Below, piece after piece: positions 10,517 through 20,307 of a DNA stretch of 64,000 nt. The position numbers and the translations under genes are program-made. Source of the DNA: Abditibacterium sp. (GTDB lineage: Bacteria > Armatimonadota > Abditibacteriia > Abditibacteriales > Abditibacteriaceae); assembly GCA_965246885.1 (NCBI GenBank), contig OZ251992.1, positions 320,001 to 384,000 on the forward strand, written 5' to 3'. Each line of letters begins with the position of its first letter. Positions within the stretch are counted from its first letter, which is position 1. The notes below the pieces were generated by a model. The model was not told where the DNA came from. It did not search any database and saw only the letters and a list, made by a program, of their open reading frames with translations.

Positions 10517-13500
10517 ATGCATCCCTTTTCTTCTGGTGTCATCCGACGCATCGCGCTCCTCTTGGTTCTGCTGGGCGTGATGGGCGCGGGCCGCGCGGCG
10601 CACGCGGCGACTTTTGCGGTGTCCAACTTGAACGATAGCGGCGCCGGGTCGCTGCGCGCGGCCATCACGAGCGCCAACTCCACCGGGGGCGCGAACACCA
10701 TTTCCTTCAACCCCGGCGTGACCGGCACCCTCACGCTGACGAGCGGCGAGTTGGGAATCAGCTCGAACATCAACATTCAGGGGCCGGGCGCCAACGAGTT
10801 GGCGGTAAGCGGCAACAACGTCAGTCGCGTGTTCAACATTTCGAGCGGCACCGTCGCCTTGGACGGTTTGACCATTAGCAATGGGAAGTCAGGCAGTGGT
10901 GGCGGAATCTACAATTTTACGGGCGCAGTCACCCTTTCCAATTGTCAAGTTTCGGGGAACTCTGCTACTGCTGCTGGTGGGGGTATTTATGACTATTTTG
11001 GCAGCTTCAAGCTGATGAACTCCAGCGTGTCGGGTAATTCAGCAACGAACCAAGGCGGGGGTATCTACAGCCTTTATAACACGCTCACTTTGTTGAACTC
11101 CACCGTGTCGGGGAACTCAGCCAATTACGGCGGCGGCCTTTACAACAACTTCAGCACCGTCACCACAGGTAACAGCACAGTAGCCAACAACTCATCTATT
11201 ATAGGCGGTGGATTCTACAATCACTACGGCTCACTCTCTGTTAACAACACCTTGCTGGCCAAAGGCACTTCCGGGGAGAATCTTGCTGTGGATGGCACGA
11301 CTGTCACCTCCAACGGCTACAACCTGAGCGACGACGCGACCGGCCCCACGACGGGAACGGGCGACAGGGTGAACGTGTCGAATTTGAACTTGGGCGCGCT
11401 GGGCAGCAATGGTGGCCCGACGCAAACCTGCGCCCTTCTCGCGGGAAGCGCCGCCATCAATGCGGGCGATCCGTCCGTTACGAGTGGCACTGACCAACGG
11501 GGAACCGGCTTTGCGCGCGTTATCGGTGGGCGCATGGATGTCGGCGCGTTCGAGTTCCATCCCCCAATTACCCCGTCGCTCGTCGTGACGACCCTTGCCG
11601 ATGAAGACGACGGTAACAGCGACCCTTCTGCCGGAAGCGGCACTTCGCTGCGTGAAGCGCTCAACTTCGCGGCGACCCTTGCGGGCACCCCCACCGTCAC
11701 CTTTCAAAGCGGCTTAAGCGGCACCATCACCCTGACGCTCGGCGAGTTGCCTATTGGTTCCAACGTCATCGTTCAAGGGCCGGGCGCGGGCGCGCTTAGC
11801 GTCTCAGGCAACAACGCCAGCCGCGTGTTCAACATCGCGGCGGGCACCGTCACCATTGACGCTTTGACCATCGCTGGCGGCAACGCAACCATTGGCGGAG
11901 GCATCTACTCGGCGGGCACGCTCACGCTGACGAACTGCGCGCTTTCCAACAACACCGCAAGCGCGTCGGGCGCCATCGAGAACAGGGGCACCCTCACGCT
12001 GACGGACTGCACCCTCTCGAACAACAGCGGCGGCTATTACGCCGGAGCCATTCACAACGGCGGCACGGTGTCGCTCAACAGTTGCACCTTGAGCGGCAAC
12101 ACCGCGCCCGGTGCCGATGGCGGCGCTATAGTGAACGAGTCGGGGAACACCCTTATCCTCAATAATTGCACCCTGAACGGCAACTCCTCCGGGCGCTACG
12201 GCGGAGCCATCGCCAACGCTGGTGGCACCGTCAACCTTTACGGCAGCACCCTGAGCGGCAACTCTTCGGCTTACGGCGCGGGCATTTACAACAACTCTTC
12301 CGGCGCCATCAACCTGACCAACTGCACCTTGGCAAACAACGCGGCCACCACCAACGGTGGCGGCATCCGCAACCTGTCCGGCTCGGTCTACATGTCGAAC
12401 TGCACCCTTTCGGGCAACTCGGCGGCGGCTGGCGTTGGTGGCGGCATCGCCAACGCCGATGGCATAGGCTTTTTCAACACCATCCTCGCGGGCAACACCG
12501 CCGCGACCGACCCCGATTTGTCCAACTCCGGCTGGATGTATGGCGACTACGACCTCGTGCAAACCCCCGGCGCGGCCACTGTTCCCGGCACCCACTCCAT
12601 TACCGGCAAAGACCCCAAGCTCGGCCCCTTGGCCAGCAACGGCGGCCCCACGCAGACCTGCGCCCTGCTCGCCGGAAGCCCCGCCATCAACAAGGCCGAC
12701 TCGTCCAACTCGTCGTTCCTCACCTATGACCAACGCGGCGCAGGCTTTGCGCGCGTCGTGGGAGGGGCGGAAGACATCGGCGCCTTCGAGTCTCAAGCCG
12801 TGCCCATCGAGTCGCTCGTCGTCACCACCATCGCCGACGAAGACGACGGCACCAGCGACCCCTCGTATGGAACTGGCACCTCCTTGCGCGAAGCCGTCAA
12901 CTACGCAAACACCCTCGGTGGCCCCTCCACCATCACCTTCGCGCCGAGCGTGACCGGCACCATCAGCCTTTCCAGCACCATCCCGGTTTCCTCGTCCGTT
13001 TCCATCGTCGGGCCGGGCACGAGCGTGCTGGCCGTGAGCGCCGGCACATCGGGCTTTTCGATGTTTTCCATCAACGGCGTTTTCACGGTCAACATGAGCG
13101 GACTTACTCTATCTGGCGTCAGTGGCGCCTTCAATGGCGGTGCCATCTACAACAACACGGGCGCCCTGTCCCTCACGGATTGCGTTTTGTCGAACAATCA
13201 GGCCGCGCGCGGCGCGGGCATTTATACCAACTCCGGCAATTTGAGCCTCGTGGACTGCACCCTATCGGGCGACAGCGCCAGTGATGGCGGCGCCGTGTAT
13301 TCTCAAGCCAGTCAGGTCAGAGCATGGTATTGCACCTTTTCGGGCAACACTAACAACATCGAAAGCCAGAACTCGACTTTCTCCTTTGTCGACTCCACCT
13401 TCGCTGGCAATACCAGCACCGGTAGTAGCGCATTCTATAACGTCAACGGCACCGGCAACTTTTCGAGTTGCACCCTCACGGGCAACAGCACCTCATCGTC

Positions 13501-15526
13501 CACTGCGGGCGCGCTCCGCAATTATGGTGGCACCGTCAACGTCAATAACTCCATCGTCGTGGGCAACAGTGGCGGCGCGGGCGATGTCGTGGGCGTCATC
13601 ACCAGTGGCGGCTATAACCTCATCGGCACCGGCGACGTCAGCCAGTTCGCGGGCACGGGCGACCAAACCGGCGTCACGAGCGCCCAAGTCAAGCTCGACG
13701 CCTTGGCCAACAACGGTGGCCCAACGCAAACCTGCAAGCTGCTTTCCGGAAGCATCGCCATTGACGCGGGCGACCCTTCAGTTACCGGCGGCACCGACCA
13801 GCGCGGCGCGGGCTTTGCGCGCGTCAAGAACAGGGCGATGGACGTCGGCGCGTTTGAAGTGCAAGACACCGCGCCCGTCGCCACCGCGCAGAGCGTCACC
13901 GTCGCCGAAAATTCCTCCGTTGCCATCACCCTTGCGGGCACCGACCCACAAGGCGACCCGCTCACCTTTCGCATCGTGAGTGGCCCCGCCAACGGCGCGC
14001 TGTCGGGCACGGCTCCCGGCGTCACCTACACACCGGGCGCCAACTATAACGGCGCCGACTCATTCACCTTCGTGGTCAACAACGGCTACTACGATAGCGC
14101 GCCCGCGACGGTCTCCATCACCGTCACCGAGGTCAACCAAAAGCCCATCGCCAACGATGTTTCCAAAAGCACGGATGAGAACACCGCGCTTTCCTTTCCC
14201 ACCAGCGACTTAACCGCTACGCCCAACGCGCCGGGGCCACCCAACGAGTCGGGCCAGACCCTCATTGTGTCCATAACCTCCGGTTCTACCTCGCACGGAA
14301 CGGTGAACTTGGCGGGCGGCACCATCACCTACACGCCCAACACGAACTACGTCGGTTCCGACTCGTTCGCTTACACCCTCACCGACAACGGCACGACAAA
14401 CGGCGTGCCTGATCCTAAGTCCTCCAACGCCCAAGTGAACATCACTGTTAACCGCGTCAACCAGCCGCCGGTTATCGCGCCTATCGCTGACCAAACCGCT
14501 CTCGTCACCGTGCCCTTCACGTTCACCGCCACCGCCACCGACCCCGAAAACAACGCCCTGACGTGGAGCCTCGACACCTTCCCCACCGGCATGACCATCG
14601 GCGCTTCCACTGGCGTTATTTCCTGGACTCCCGCCGCAGTTGGCGTTTACACGGTCAAGGTGCGCGTCACCGACAACGGCACCCCCATCAACGCTTTCGC
14701 TACCACCAGCTTCCAAATCACCGTTGCCACCGGCGGCGGAAGCACCACCGGGGGAACAACGGGAAGCACCACCGGTTCGACCACTGGAGGGACAACGGGA
14801 GGAACCACCGGCTCGACCACTGGGAGCACGACGGGTTCGACTACCGGGAGCACGACTGGCTCGACTACGGGAAGTACCACTGGCTCGACTACCGGGAGCA
14901 CGACTGGCGGAACAACCGGCTCCACCACTGGTGGCACAACCGGCTCCACCACTGGTGGCACGACGGGCAGCACCACTGGAAGCACGACGGGTTCGACTAC
15001 AGGTAGCACAACCGGAGGCACCACTGGGGGAACAACGGGTTCCACCACCGGGAGTACGACGGGTGGAACCACCGGCTCCACCACTGGCGGAACCACCGGC
15101 TCCACCACTGGTGGCACGACGGGTGGAACCACCGGGGGCACGACGGGTGGAATCACCGGCTCGACTACTGGCTCCACGACGGGGAGCACTACCGGCTCCA
15201 CTACGGGTGGCACAACGGGAAGCACTACCGGCTCCACTACGGGTGGCACAACGGGAAGCACGACCGGTTCTACAACCGGCTCGACGACAGGCGGAACCAC
15301 CGGGGGAACAACGGGTGGTACAACTGGAAGCACCACCGGAGGCACGACCGGTTCCACTACGGGGGGCACGACCGGCAGTACGACCGGAAGTACCACCGGG
15401 GGCACGACGGGAAGCACCACCGGCGGGACAACAGGGAGCACGACGGGCGGGACAACGCACGCGCCGCATCCCGGTGTGGGCCTTAAAATTCTCAAGGAAG
15501 CGCAGCGAATGTACGCTTCCTCCTGA
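10517..15526 (+). CDS. Large secreted/surface protein: three beta-helix choice-of-anchor-Q/CSLREA-like modules, Ig/cadherin-like domains, Gly/Thr/Ser stalk
   Basis: Signal peptide ending AAHA-A; three modules (S/T)LR(A/E)A...NGGPTQT...DQRG...D(V/I)GAFE; YTP..NY.G.DSF repeats; C-terminal G(S/G)TT tract. Confidence 0.85.
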   Translation: MHPFSSGVIRRIALLLVLLGVMGAGRAAHAATFAVSNLNDSGAGSLRAAITSANSTGGANTISFNPGVTGTLTLTSGELGISSNINIQGPGANELAVSGNNVSRVFNISSGTVALDGLTISNGKSGSGGGIYNFTGAVTLSNCQVSGNSATAAGGGIYDYFGSFKLMNSSVSGNSATNQGGGIYSLYNTLTLLNSTVSGNSANYGGGLYNNFSTVTTGNSTVANNSSIIGGGFYNHYGSLSVNNTLLAKGTSGENLAVDGTTVTSNGYNLSDDATGPTTGTGDRVNVSNLNLGALGSNGGPTQTCALLAGSAAINAGDPSVTSGTDQRGTGFARVIGGRMDVGAFEFHPPITPSLVVTTLADEDDGNSDPSAGSGTSLREALNFAATLAGTPTVTFQSGLSGTITLTLGELPIGSNVIVQGPGAGALSVSGNNASRVFNIAAGTVTIDALTIAGGNATIGGGIYSAGTLTLTNCALSNNTASASGAIENRGTLTLTDCTLSNNSGGYYAGAIHNGGTVSLNSCTLSGNTAPGADGGAIVNESGNTLILNNCTLNGNSSGRYGGAIANAGGTVNLYGSTLSGNSSAYGAGIYNNSSGAINLTNCTLANNAATTNGGGIRNLSGSVYMSNCTLSGNSAAAGVGGGIANADGIGFFNTILAGNTAATDPDLSNSGWMYGDYDLVQTPGAATVPGTHSITGKDPKLGPLASNGGPTQTCALLAGSPAINKADSSNSSFLTYDQRGAGFARVVGGAEDIGAFESQAVPIESLVVTTIADEDDGTSDPSYGTGTSLREAVNYANTLGGPSTITFAPSVTGTISLSSTIPVSSSVSIVGPGTSVLAVSAGTSGFSMFSINGVFTVNMSGLTLSGVSGAFNGGAIYNNTGALSLTDCVLSNNQAARGAGIYTNSGNLSLVDCTLSGDSASDGGAVYSQASQVRAWYCTFSGNTNNIESQNSTFSFVDSTFAGNTSTGSSAFYNVNGTGNFSSCTLTGNSTSSSTAGALRNYGGTVNVNNSIVVGNSGGAGDVVGVITSGGYNLIGTGDVSQFAGTGDQTGVTSAQVKLDALANNGGPTQTCKLLSGSIAIDAGDPSVTGGTDQRGAGFARVKNRAMDVGAFEVQDTAPVATAQSVTVAENSSVAITLAGTDPQGDPLTFRIVSGPANGALSGTAPGVTYTPGANYNGADSFTFVVNNGYYDSAPATVSITVTEVNQKPIANDVSKSTDENTALSFPTSDLTATPNAPGPPNESGQTLIVSITSGSTSHGTVNLAGGTITYTPNTNYVGSDSFAYTLTDNGTTNGVPDPKSSNAQVNITVNRVNQPPVIAPIADQTALVTVPFTFTATATDPENNALTWSLDTFPTGMTIGASTGVISWTPAAVGVYTVKVRVTDNGTPINAFATTSFQITVATGGGSTTGGTTGSTTGSTTGGTTGGTTGSTTGSTTGSTTGSTTGSTTGSTTGSTTGSTTGGTTGSTTGGTTGSTTGGTTGSTTGSTTGSTTGSTTGGTTGGTTGSTTGSTTGGTTGSTTGGTTGSTTGGTTGGTTGGTTGGITGSTTGSTTGSTTGSTTGGTTGSTTGSTTGGTTGSTTGSTTGSTTGGTTGGTTGGTTGSTTGGTTGSTTGGTTGSTTGSTTGGTTGSTTGGTTGSTTGGTTHAPHPGVGLKILKEAQRMYASS
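14738..15457 (+). repeat. Coding 12-bp-period repeat, 60 x G(S/G)TT
   Basis: 720 nt in frame encoding GSTT/GGTT (one GGIT) with extensive synonymous variation. Confidence 0.9.
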
Positions 15527-15550
15527 GCGGTTGCCGCGTCCTGCTGATCA

Positions 15551-17086
15551 ATGCCGACCGTTTCCCTTCGCTTCAACCCCGCGCAAATCTTTGGCATTGA
15601 CTTGCGCTCGCTCGCGCTGTTTCGCGTCTGCCTCGCGCTGGTGTTGCTGTTTGACCTGACGGTTCGCGCCTTGGATGCCGGGGCGTTCTACACCGACGCC
15701 GGGGTGTTGCCGCGCTCGGCGCAGATCGAAATCTATGCCGGCTTGCCCGCGCTCCTCAGCCTTCATTTGATGACTGGCACTTGGGGCGGGCAAATGGTGC
15801 TGTTTGCGTTGTCCTTCGCGGCGGCTCTGGCGCTACTGGCGGGATACCGCACCCGAACAGCCGTTTTGGTGTCTTGGGTGTTGCTCGTTTCGCTGCACAA
15901 TCGCAACCTGATGGTGCTCCAAGGCGGCGACGTGCTTTTGCGCTTGCTTTTGTTTTGGGGCCTATTCTTACCTCTGGGCGCCCGCGCTTCCTTAGACTCC
16001 TTACTCGCGTCGGGACGCGAGGCCGCCCCCAACGCGGGGTCGTCGCTCGTTTCCATCGCCACACTCGCCGCCCTGCTTCAAGTGTGTTTTGTCTACTGGT
16101 TCGCGTCGGCGATGAAGACCGATGCCTCTTGGCGCGTGGACGGAACGGCGCTGGGCTACGCGCTGTCCATTGACCAAATCTCCCGGCCCTTGGGCCACTT
16201 TCTGCTCGGCTTTCCCGGCCTGCTGCGCCCGCTCACGTTTGGCACGCTCGCCTTGGAGCGCTTCGGGCCGATGTTGGCTTTGCTCCCGTTCTGGCGGCTG
16301 CGCATGGCGATGGTCGTGGTTTTCATCGGCTTCCACTTAGTCATGGGGCTATGCCTCACGCTGGGCATTTTTACATGGATTGCGCCCGTCGCATGGCTCT
16401 TGTTCATTCCCGCGCCCGCGTGGGATTGGCTGGCGGGGCGACGCACTTCGCTCCGGCCCGCGCTGCAAAGCATGGTCGCGCGCGGGCAAAGCTCCGCCGA
16501 CCGAGCGCGCGCCCGACTCCTCGCCCAAAGTCAAGCGCTTGGCCTGCGCGCGCCCGCACCGCCCTCGCGCGGCAAGGGGTTGCTCACCGGGGGGAGTTGC
16601 GCGTTCTTCTTGCTGTACGTCTTCGCGTGGAATCTGCGCGTTTTGGACGTGGCGACGTATGGCCCGTTCTTTCCGCAAAGCTGGAACTGGATCGGCCATT
16701 CGCTCGGCCTCGACCAAGTGTGGGACATGTTCGCGCCTTTTCCCCTCAAGGATGACGGCTGGTTTGTCGCTCCCGCGCGCCTACGCGACGGCAGACAAGT
16801 CAACCTCTTGCGCGACGGCCAACCCGTGCGCTGGGACGAACCGGCTGACCTGCCCGCCACCTTCCGCGACCCCATCTGGCAAAAGTATCTGCTCAATTTG
16901 TGGTCGGCCTCCAACGCCGCGCACCGCGCCTACTTCGCCGCCTACTTGGTGCGCCGGTGGAACGACACCCACGACGCCAAAGAGCGCATCCAATCGCTGC
17001 AACTCATCTACATGCGGCAAAACACCCTCCCCAACTTCCGCAAAGACAAAGTTCAGCGCATCACCGTCTGGTCGCAAACTTTCTAA
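15551..17086 (+). CDS. HTTM-domain membrane protein (vitamin K-dependent carboxylase-like TM domain)
   Basis: IDLRSLALFR, SLHNRN...GGD.LLRLLLFW, QVCFVYWFASAMK...W..GTAL, DQVWDMFAP. Confidence 0.8.
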   Translation: MPTVSLRFNPAQIFGIDLRSLALFRVCLALVLLFDLTVRALDAGAFYTDAGVLPRSAQIEIYAGLPALLSLHLMTGTWGGQMVLFALSFAAALALLAGYRTRTAVLVSWVLLVSLHNRNLMVLQGGDVLLRLLLFWGLFLPLGARASLDSLLASGREAAPNAGSSLVSIATLAALLQVCFVYWFASAMKTDASWRVDGTALGYALSIDQISRPLGHFLLGFPGLLRPLTFGTLALERFGPMLALLPFWRLRMAMVVVFIGFHLVMGLCLTLGIFTWIAPVAWLLFIPAPAWDWLAGRRTSLRPALQSMVARGQSSADRARARLLAQSQALGLRAPAPPSRGKGLLTGGSCAFFLLYVFAWNLRVLDVATYGPFFPQSWNWIGHSLGLDQVWDMFAPFPLKDDGWFVAPARLRDGRQVNLLRDGQPVRWDEPADLPATFRDPIWQKYLLNLWSASNAAHRAYFAAYLVRRWNDTHDAKERIQSLQLIYMRQNTLPNFRKDKVQRITVWSQTF

Positions 17087-17135
17087 GACCAACGCTCGCG
17101 CAAGCGAGAGGGCAGGCACGACCTGTTCAGCCTGT

Positions 17136-17225
17136 GCCACTGCGCGACAGAGCCGCGCCACTGCGCGACAGAGCCGCGCCACTGCGCGACAGAGCCGCGC
17201 CACTGCGCGACAGAGCCGCGCCACT
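17136..17225. repeat. 21-bp perfect tandem repeat, family B (gccactgcgcgacagagccgc x4 plus partial)
   Basis: Four identical copies in the intergenic space. Confidence 0.95.
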
Positions 17226-17317
17226 CGGCGGTGAGGCGATGGCAGAAGGAGAAAGAAGCCATACACTGAACGCGAAGGCTCCGCTTTCCTTTCTTTCTTC
17301 ATTTGAAACCATCCGCC

Positions 17318-18355
17318 ATGACGACCGCATCCCATTTTTCCAACGGCGCTGAGGGTATAGACCCGCGCGCGGTTCCGTTTCGCTCGCTCGCATCGGGCGC
17401 GCGCATCCCCGCGATTGGGCTGGGCACTTTCGGCTCGGACTCCGTGACGGGCGAGCAAATCGCCGCCGCCGTCGGGGAAGCGGCACGCGTCGGGTATCGG
17501 CACTTCGACTGCGCGAGCGTGTATGGCAACGAGCACTTGATTGGCGCCGCGCTGCGCGAGATAATGGCGGGCGGCGTCGCGCGGGAAGAGTTGTGGATCA
17601 ACTCGAAGTTGTGGAACGACAAGCATGGCGAAGCCGATGTCGTGCCGTCCTGCGAGCAGTCGCTCGCGGACTTGGAGCTGGAATATCTCGACCTTTACTT
17701 TGTGCATTGGCCCTTCCCACACTTCCACGCGCGCGGGGTGGACGTCTCGTCGCGCGACTCGCACGCGCGGCCTTACAATCACGAGGCGTTTATGAAGACG
17801 TGGCGGCAAATGGAGCGCTTGGTGGACATGGGGCTGGTGCGGCACATCGGCACCTCGAACATGACGCGGCCCAAGCTGGAACTGCTGCTGCGCGATTGCC
17901 GTGTTCGTCCGGCGTGCAACGAGATGGAACTGCATCCGCACTTCCAGCAGACGGCATTCTTCGAGTGGGTGCAAGCGCAGGGTATCGTGCCCATTGGCTA
18001 CAGTCCCATCGGTAGCCCCGCGCGGCCCGACCGCGACCGCACGGACGCAGACACCGTAGACATCGAAGACCCGGTCATCGTCGAGATAGCGCGCGCGCAC
18101 GATTTGCATCCGGCCAGTTTGTGCGTGAAGTGGGGCCAGCAACGCGGGCAGATTCCCATCCCCTTCTCAACCAACCCCCGGAACATCCTCGCCAACCTGC
18201 GTGCCGTCGCGGGCGCGCCCCTGTCCGACGAGGAGATGCTTCGCCTCGCCGTGATAGACCGCAACTGCCGCCTGATAAAAGGGCAGGTCTTTTTGTGGGA
18301 AGGCAGCCGGGGTTGGGAAGACCTCTGGGACGAGGATGGGGTCATCACGGCTTAA
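17318..18355 (+). CDS. Aldo/keto reductase
   Basis: IPAIGLGTFG, GYRHFDCASVYGNE, SKLWN, DLYFVHWP, HIGTSN. Confidence 0.92.
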   Translation: MTTASHFSNGAEGIDPRAVPFRSLASGARIPAIGLGTFGSDSVTGEQIAAAVGEAARVGYRHFDCASVYGNEHLIGAALREIMAGGVAREELWINSKLWNDKHGEADVVPSCEQSLADLELEYLDLYFVHWPFPHFHARGVDVSSRDSHARPYNHEAFMKTWRQMERLVDMGLVRHIGTSNMTRPKLELLLRDCRVRPACNEMELHPHFQQTAFFEWVQAQGIVPIGYSPIGSPARPDRDRTDADTVDIEDPVIVEIARAHDLHPASLCVKWGQQRGQIPIPFSTNPRNILANLRAVAGAPLSDEEMLRLAVIDRNCRLIKGQVFLWEGSRGWEDLWDEDGVITA

Positions 18356-18371
18356 ACTGCACCCCATCGCC

Positions 18372-19430
18372 ATGACCCGCACCACTTCCAACACCATGAC
18401 CGGCGCCGTTTTGCCGGGAAACAGCACCGTCGAACTGCGCCCATTCCCGATTCCCGAACCGGGCGCGGGGCAGGTGCGCATCGCCATGAAAGCCAGTTCC
18501 ATTTGCGGCAGCGACATCCGCGCCATCTACCGCGCGCACTTAGGCAGTGGCCCGGAAGGGTATCAGCCCGGCACCGTCGCGGGGCACGAGCCGTGCGGCC
18601 AGATCGAGGCGGTCGGGCCGGACGTGACCCGCTTCCAAGTCGGCGACCGCGTGGTCGTTTACCACATCGGCGGATGCGGCCTGTGCGCCAACTGCCGCGC
18701 CGGATGGATGATCTCGTGCCACTCGCCCATGCGCGCGGCGTACGGCTGGCAGCGCAACGGCGGACATGCGCCGTTTCTGCTCGCGGATGAGCGCGTGTTG
18801 GTCGCCTTGCCCGACGCGCTGACGTTTGTAGACGGCGCGATGGTGGCGTGCGGCTTGGGCACGGCTTACGCCGCGTGTTTGCGGGCAGGCGTATCGGGGC
18901 GCGACCGAGTGCTAATTACCGGACTGGGGCCGGTGGGCTTGGGAGCGGCGCTTTTGTGCCGTGCGCTGGGCGCGCAGGTCGTCGGAGTGGAAAGCAACCC
19001 GGCGCGCGTGGAGTTCGCCGCCAGTTTGGGCTTTACGCACGTCGTCGCGCCGGGAGAGAGTGCCCTCGCGGAGCTAATGACGCTCGGCGAGGGGCACGGC
19101 TTCGAGGTCGGGATAGATTGTTCGGGCGCGGGCGCGGCGCGGCACTTGTTGTTGGAAGCGGCGCGCGAGTGGGGCCGCGTGGTGTTCGTGGGCGAGGGCG
19201 GGACGGTTACGTTCGAGCCGTCGCCGCTTCTGATTCACAAGCAACTGACACTGCACGGCTCGTGGGTGTGCTCCATCGGGCAGATGGAGGAGTTGGTCGA
19301 GCAGTTGGCGAAGTGGGGCTTGCATCCCGAAGTGTTGGTCACGCACCGCTTCGCCTTGGAACAGGCGGACGAGGCATACGAACTGTTTGCGTCGGGGCAG
19401 TCCGGCAAGGTCGCCTTCGTGTGGGAATAA
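18372..19430 (+). CDS. Zinc-binding alcohol/polyol dehydrogenase (MDR family)
   Basis: ICGSD, GHEPCG, CGLCANC...C structural Zn site, GLGPVG. Confidence 0.92.
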   Translation: MTRTTSNTMTGAVLPGNSTVELRPFPIPEPGAGQVRIAMKASSICGSDIRAIYRAHLGSGPEGYQPGTVAGHEPCGQIEAVGPDVTRFQVGDRVVVYHIGGCGLCANCRAGWMISCHSPMRAAYGWQRNGGHAPFLLADERVLVALPDALTFVDGAMVACGLGTAYAACLRAGVSGRDRVLITGLGPVGLGAALLCRALGAQVVGVESNPARVEFAASLGFTHVVAPGESALAELMTLGEGHGFEVGIDCSGAGAARHLLLEAAREWGRVVFVGEGGTVTFEPSPLLIHKQLTLHGSWVCSIGQMEELVEQLAKWGLHPEVLVTHRFALEQADEAYELFASGQSGKVAFVWE

Positions 19431-19450
19431 TCCCCACCCGCGTCGGGGCG

Positions 19451-20266
19451 TTACTGCGGTTCGGCTGCGACGGGGTTGGACAGGGCGCCGATGGATTCGA
19501 TTTCAACGGTCACGAGGTCGCCGGGCGCGAGCCAGACGGGGGGCTTGCGCGCCATGCCGACGCCGTGCGGGGTGCCGGTGAGTATCACGGTGCCGGGAAG
19601 GAGCGTGGTGGAGCCGCTCAAAAACTCGATGAGCGCCGGGACATCGAAGATCATATCGCGGGTGTTCCAGTCCTGCATGGTCTGCCCGTTGAGAACCGTC
19701 TTGATTTGGAGGGCGTTCGGGTCGGGAATGTCGTCGCGCGTGACTAAGCAGGGGCCAAGCGGCGCGAAGGTGTCGAAGGTCTTGCCCCGGCACCATTGCC
19801 CGCCGCCGCGCTTGATTTGCCAGTCGCGCGCGCTCACGTCGTTGGCCGCCGTATAGCCCAACACGTAATCGAGGGCGTTCTCGCGCCGCACGTTCTTGCA
19901 GGCTTTGCCGATGACGACGGCCAACTCGCACTCGTAATCTACCTCGTCGGAGCGCAGATAGGCGGGAAGCAGGATGGGGTCGTCGGGGTTCTGCACAGCA
20001 TTGATGCCCTTCAGGAAGAGGATGGGATATTCCGGGATGGCGGCGCCGCTTTCCGCCGCGTGGTGGCGGTAGTTGAGGCCGATGCAGAACAAACCCGTCG
20101 GCGCAACGGGTGCCAGCACTTTACGGACGTCCGCGATGCGCGCGGAAACGCGGAAGTCGCCGTAAAGGTCGCCTTCAAGCTCGGCGTATTCGGCCCCCTC
20201 GCGTTGCGGGACGTACGCGGCATACCCGATGCGCCCCTGCCCGTCTTGGTAGCGAATGATTTTCAT
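19451..20266 (-). CDS. Fumarylacetoacetate hydrolase family protein
   Basis: CIGLNY, DYECEL, ANDVSARDWQ, GKTFDTF, ILTGTP.GVG. Confidence 0.92.
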   Translation of the reverse strand: MKIIRYQDGQGRIGYAAYVPQREGAEYAELEGDLYGDFRVSARIADVRKVLAPVAPTGLFCIGLNYRHHAAESGAAIPEYPILFLKGINAVQNPDDPILLPAYLRSDEVDYECELAVVIGKACKNVRRENALDYVLGYTAANDVSARDWQIKRGGGQWCRGKTFDTFAPLGPCLVTRDDIPDPNALQIKTVLNGQTMQDWNTRDMIFDVPALIEFLSGSTTLLPGTVILTGTPHGVGMARKPPVWLAPGDLVTVEIESIGALSNPVAAEPQ

Positions 20267-20307
20267 GGGATATAAGATTACTCTGCTCCCACAGGATAGC
20301 CATCCGG

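Noticed and set aside
14210..15659. Long alternative-frame ORFs over the GTT repeat (e.g. poly-VVPP)
   Set aside because: They are shadows of the 12-bp coding repeat.
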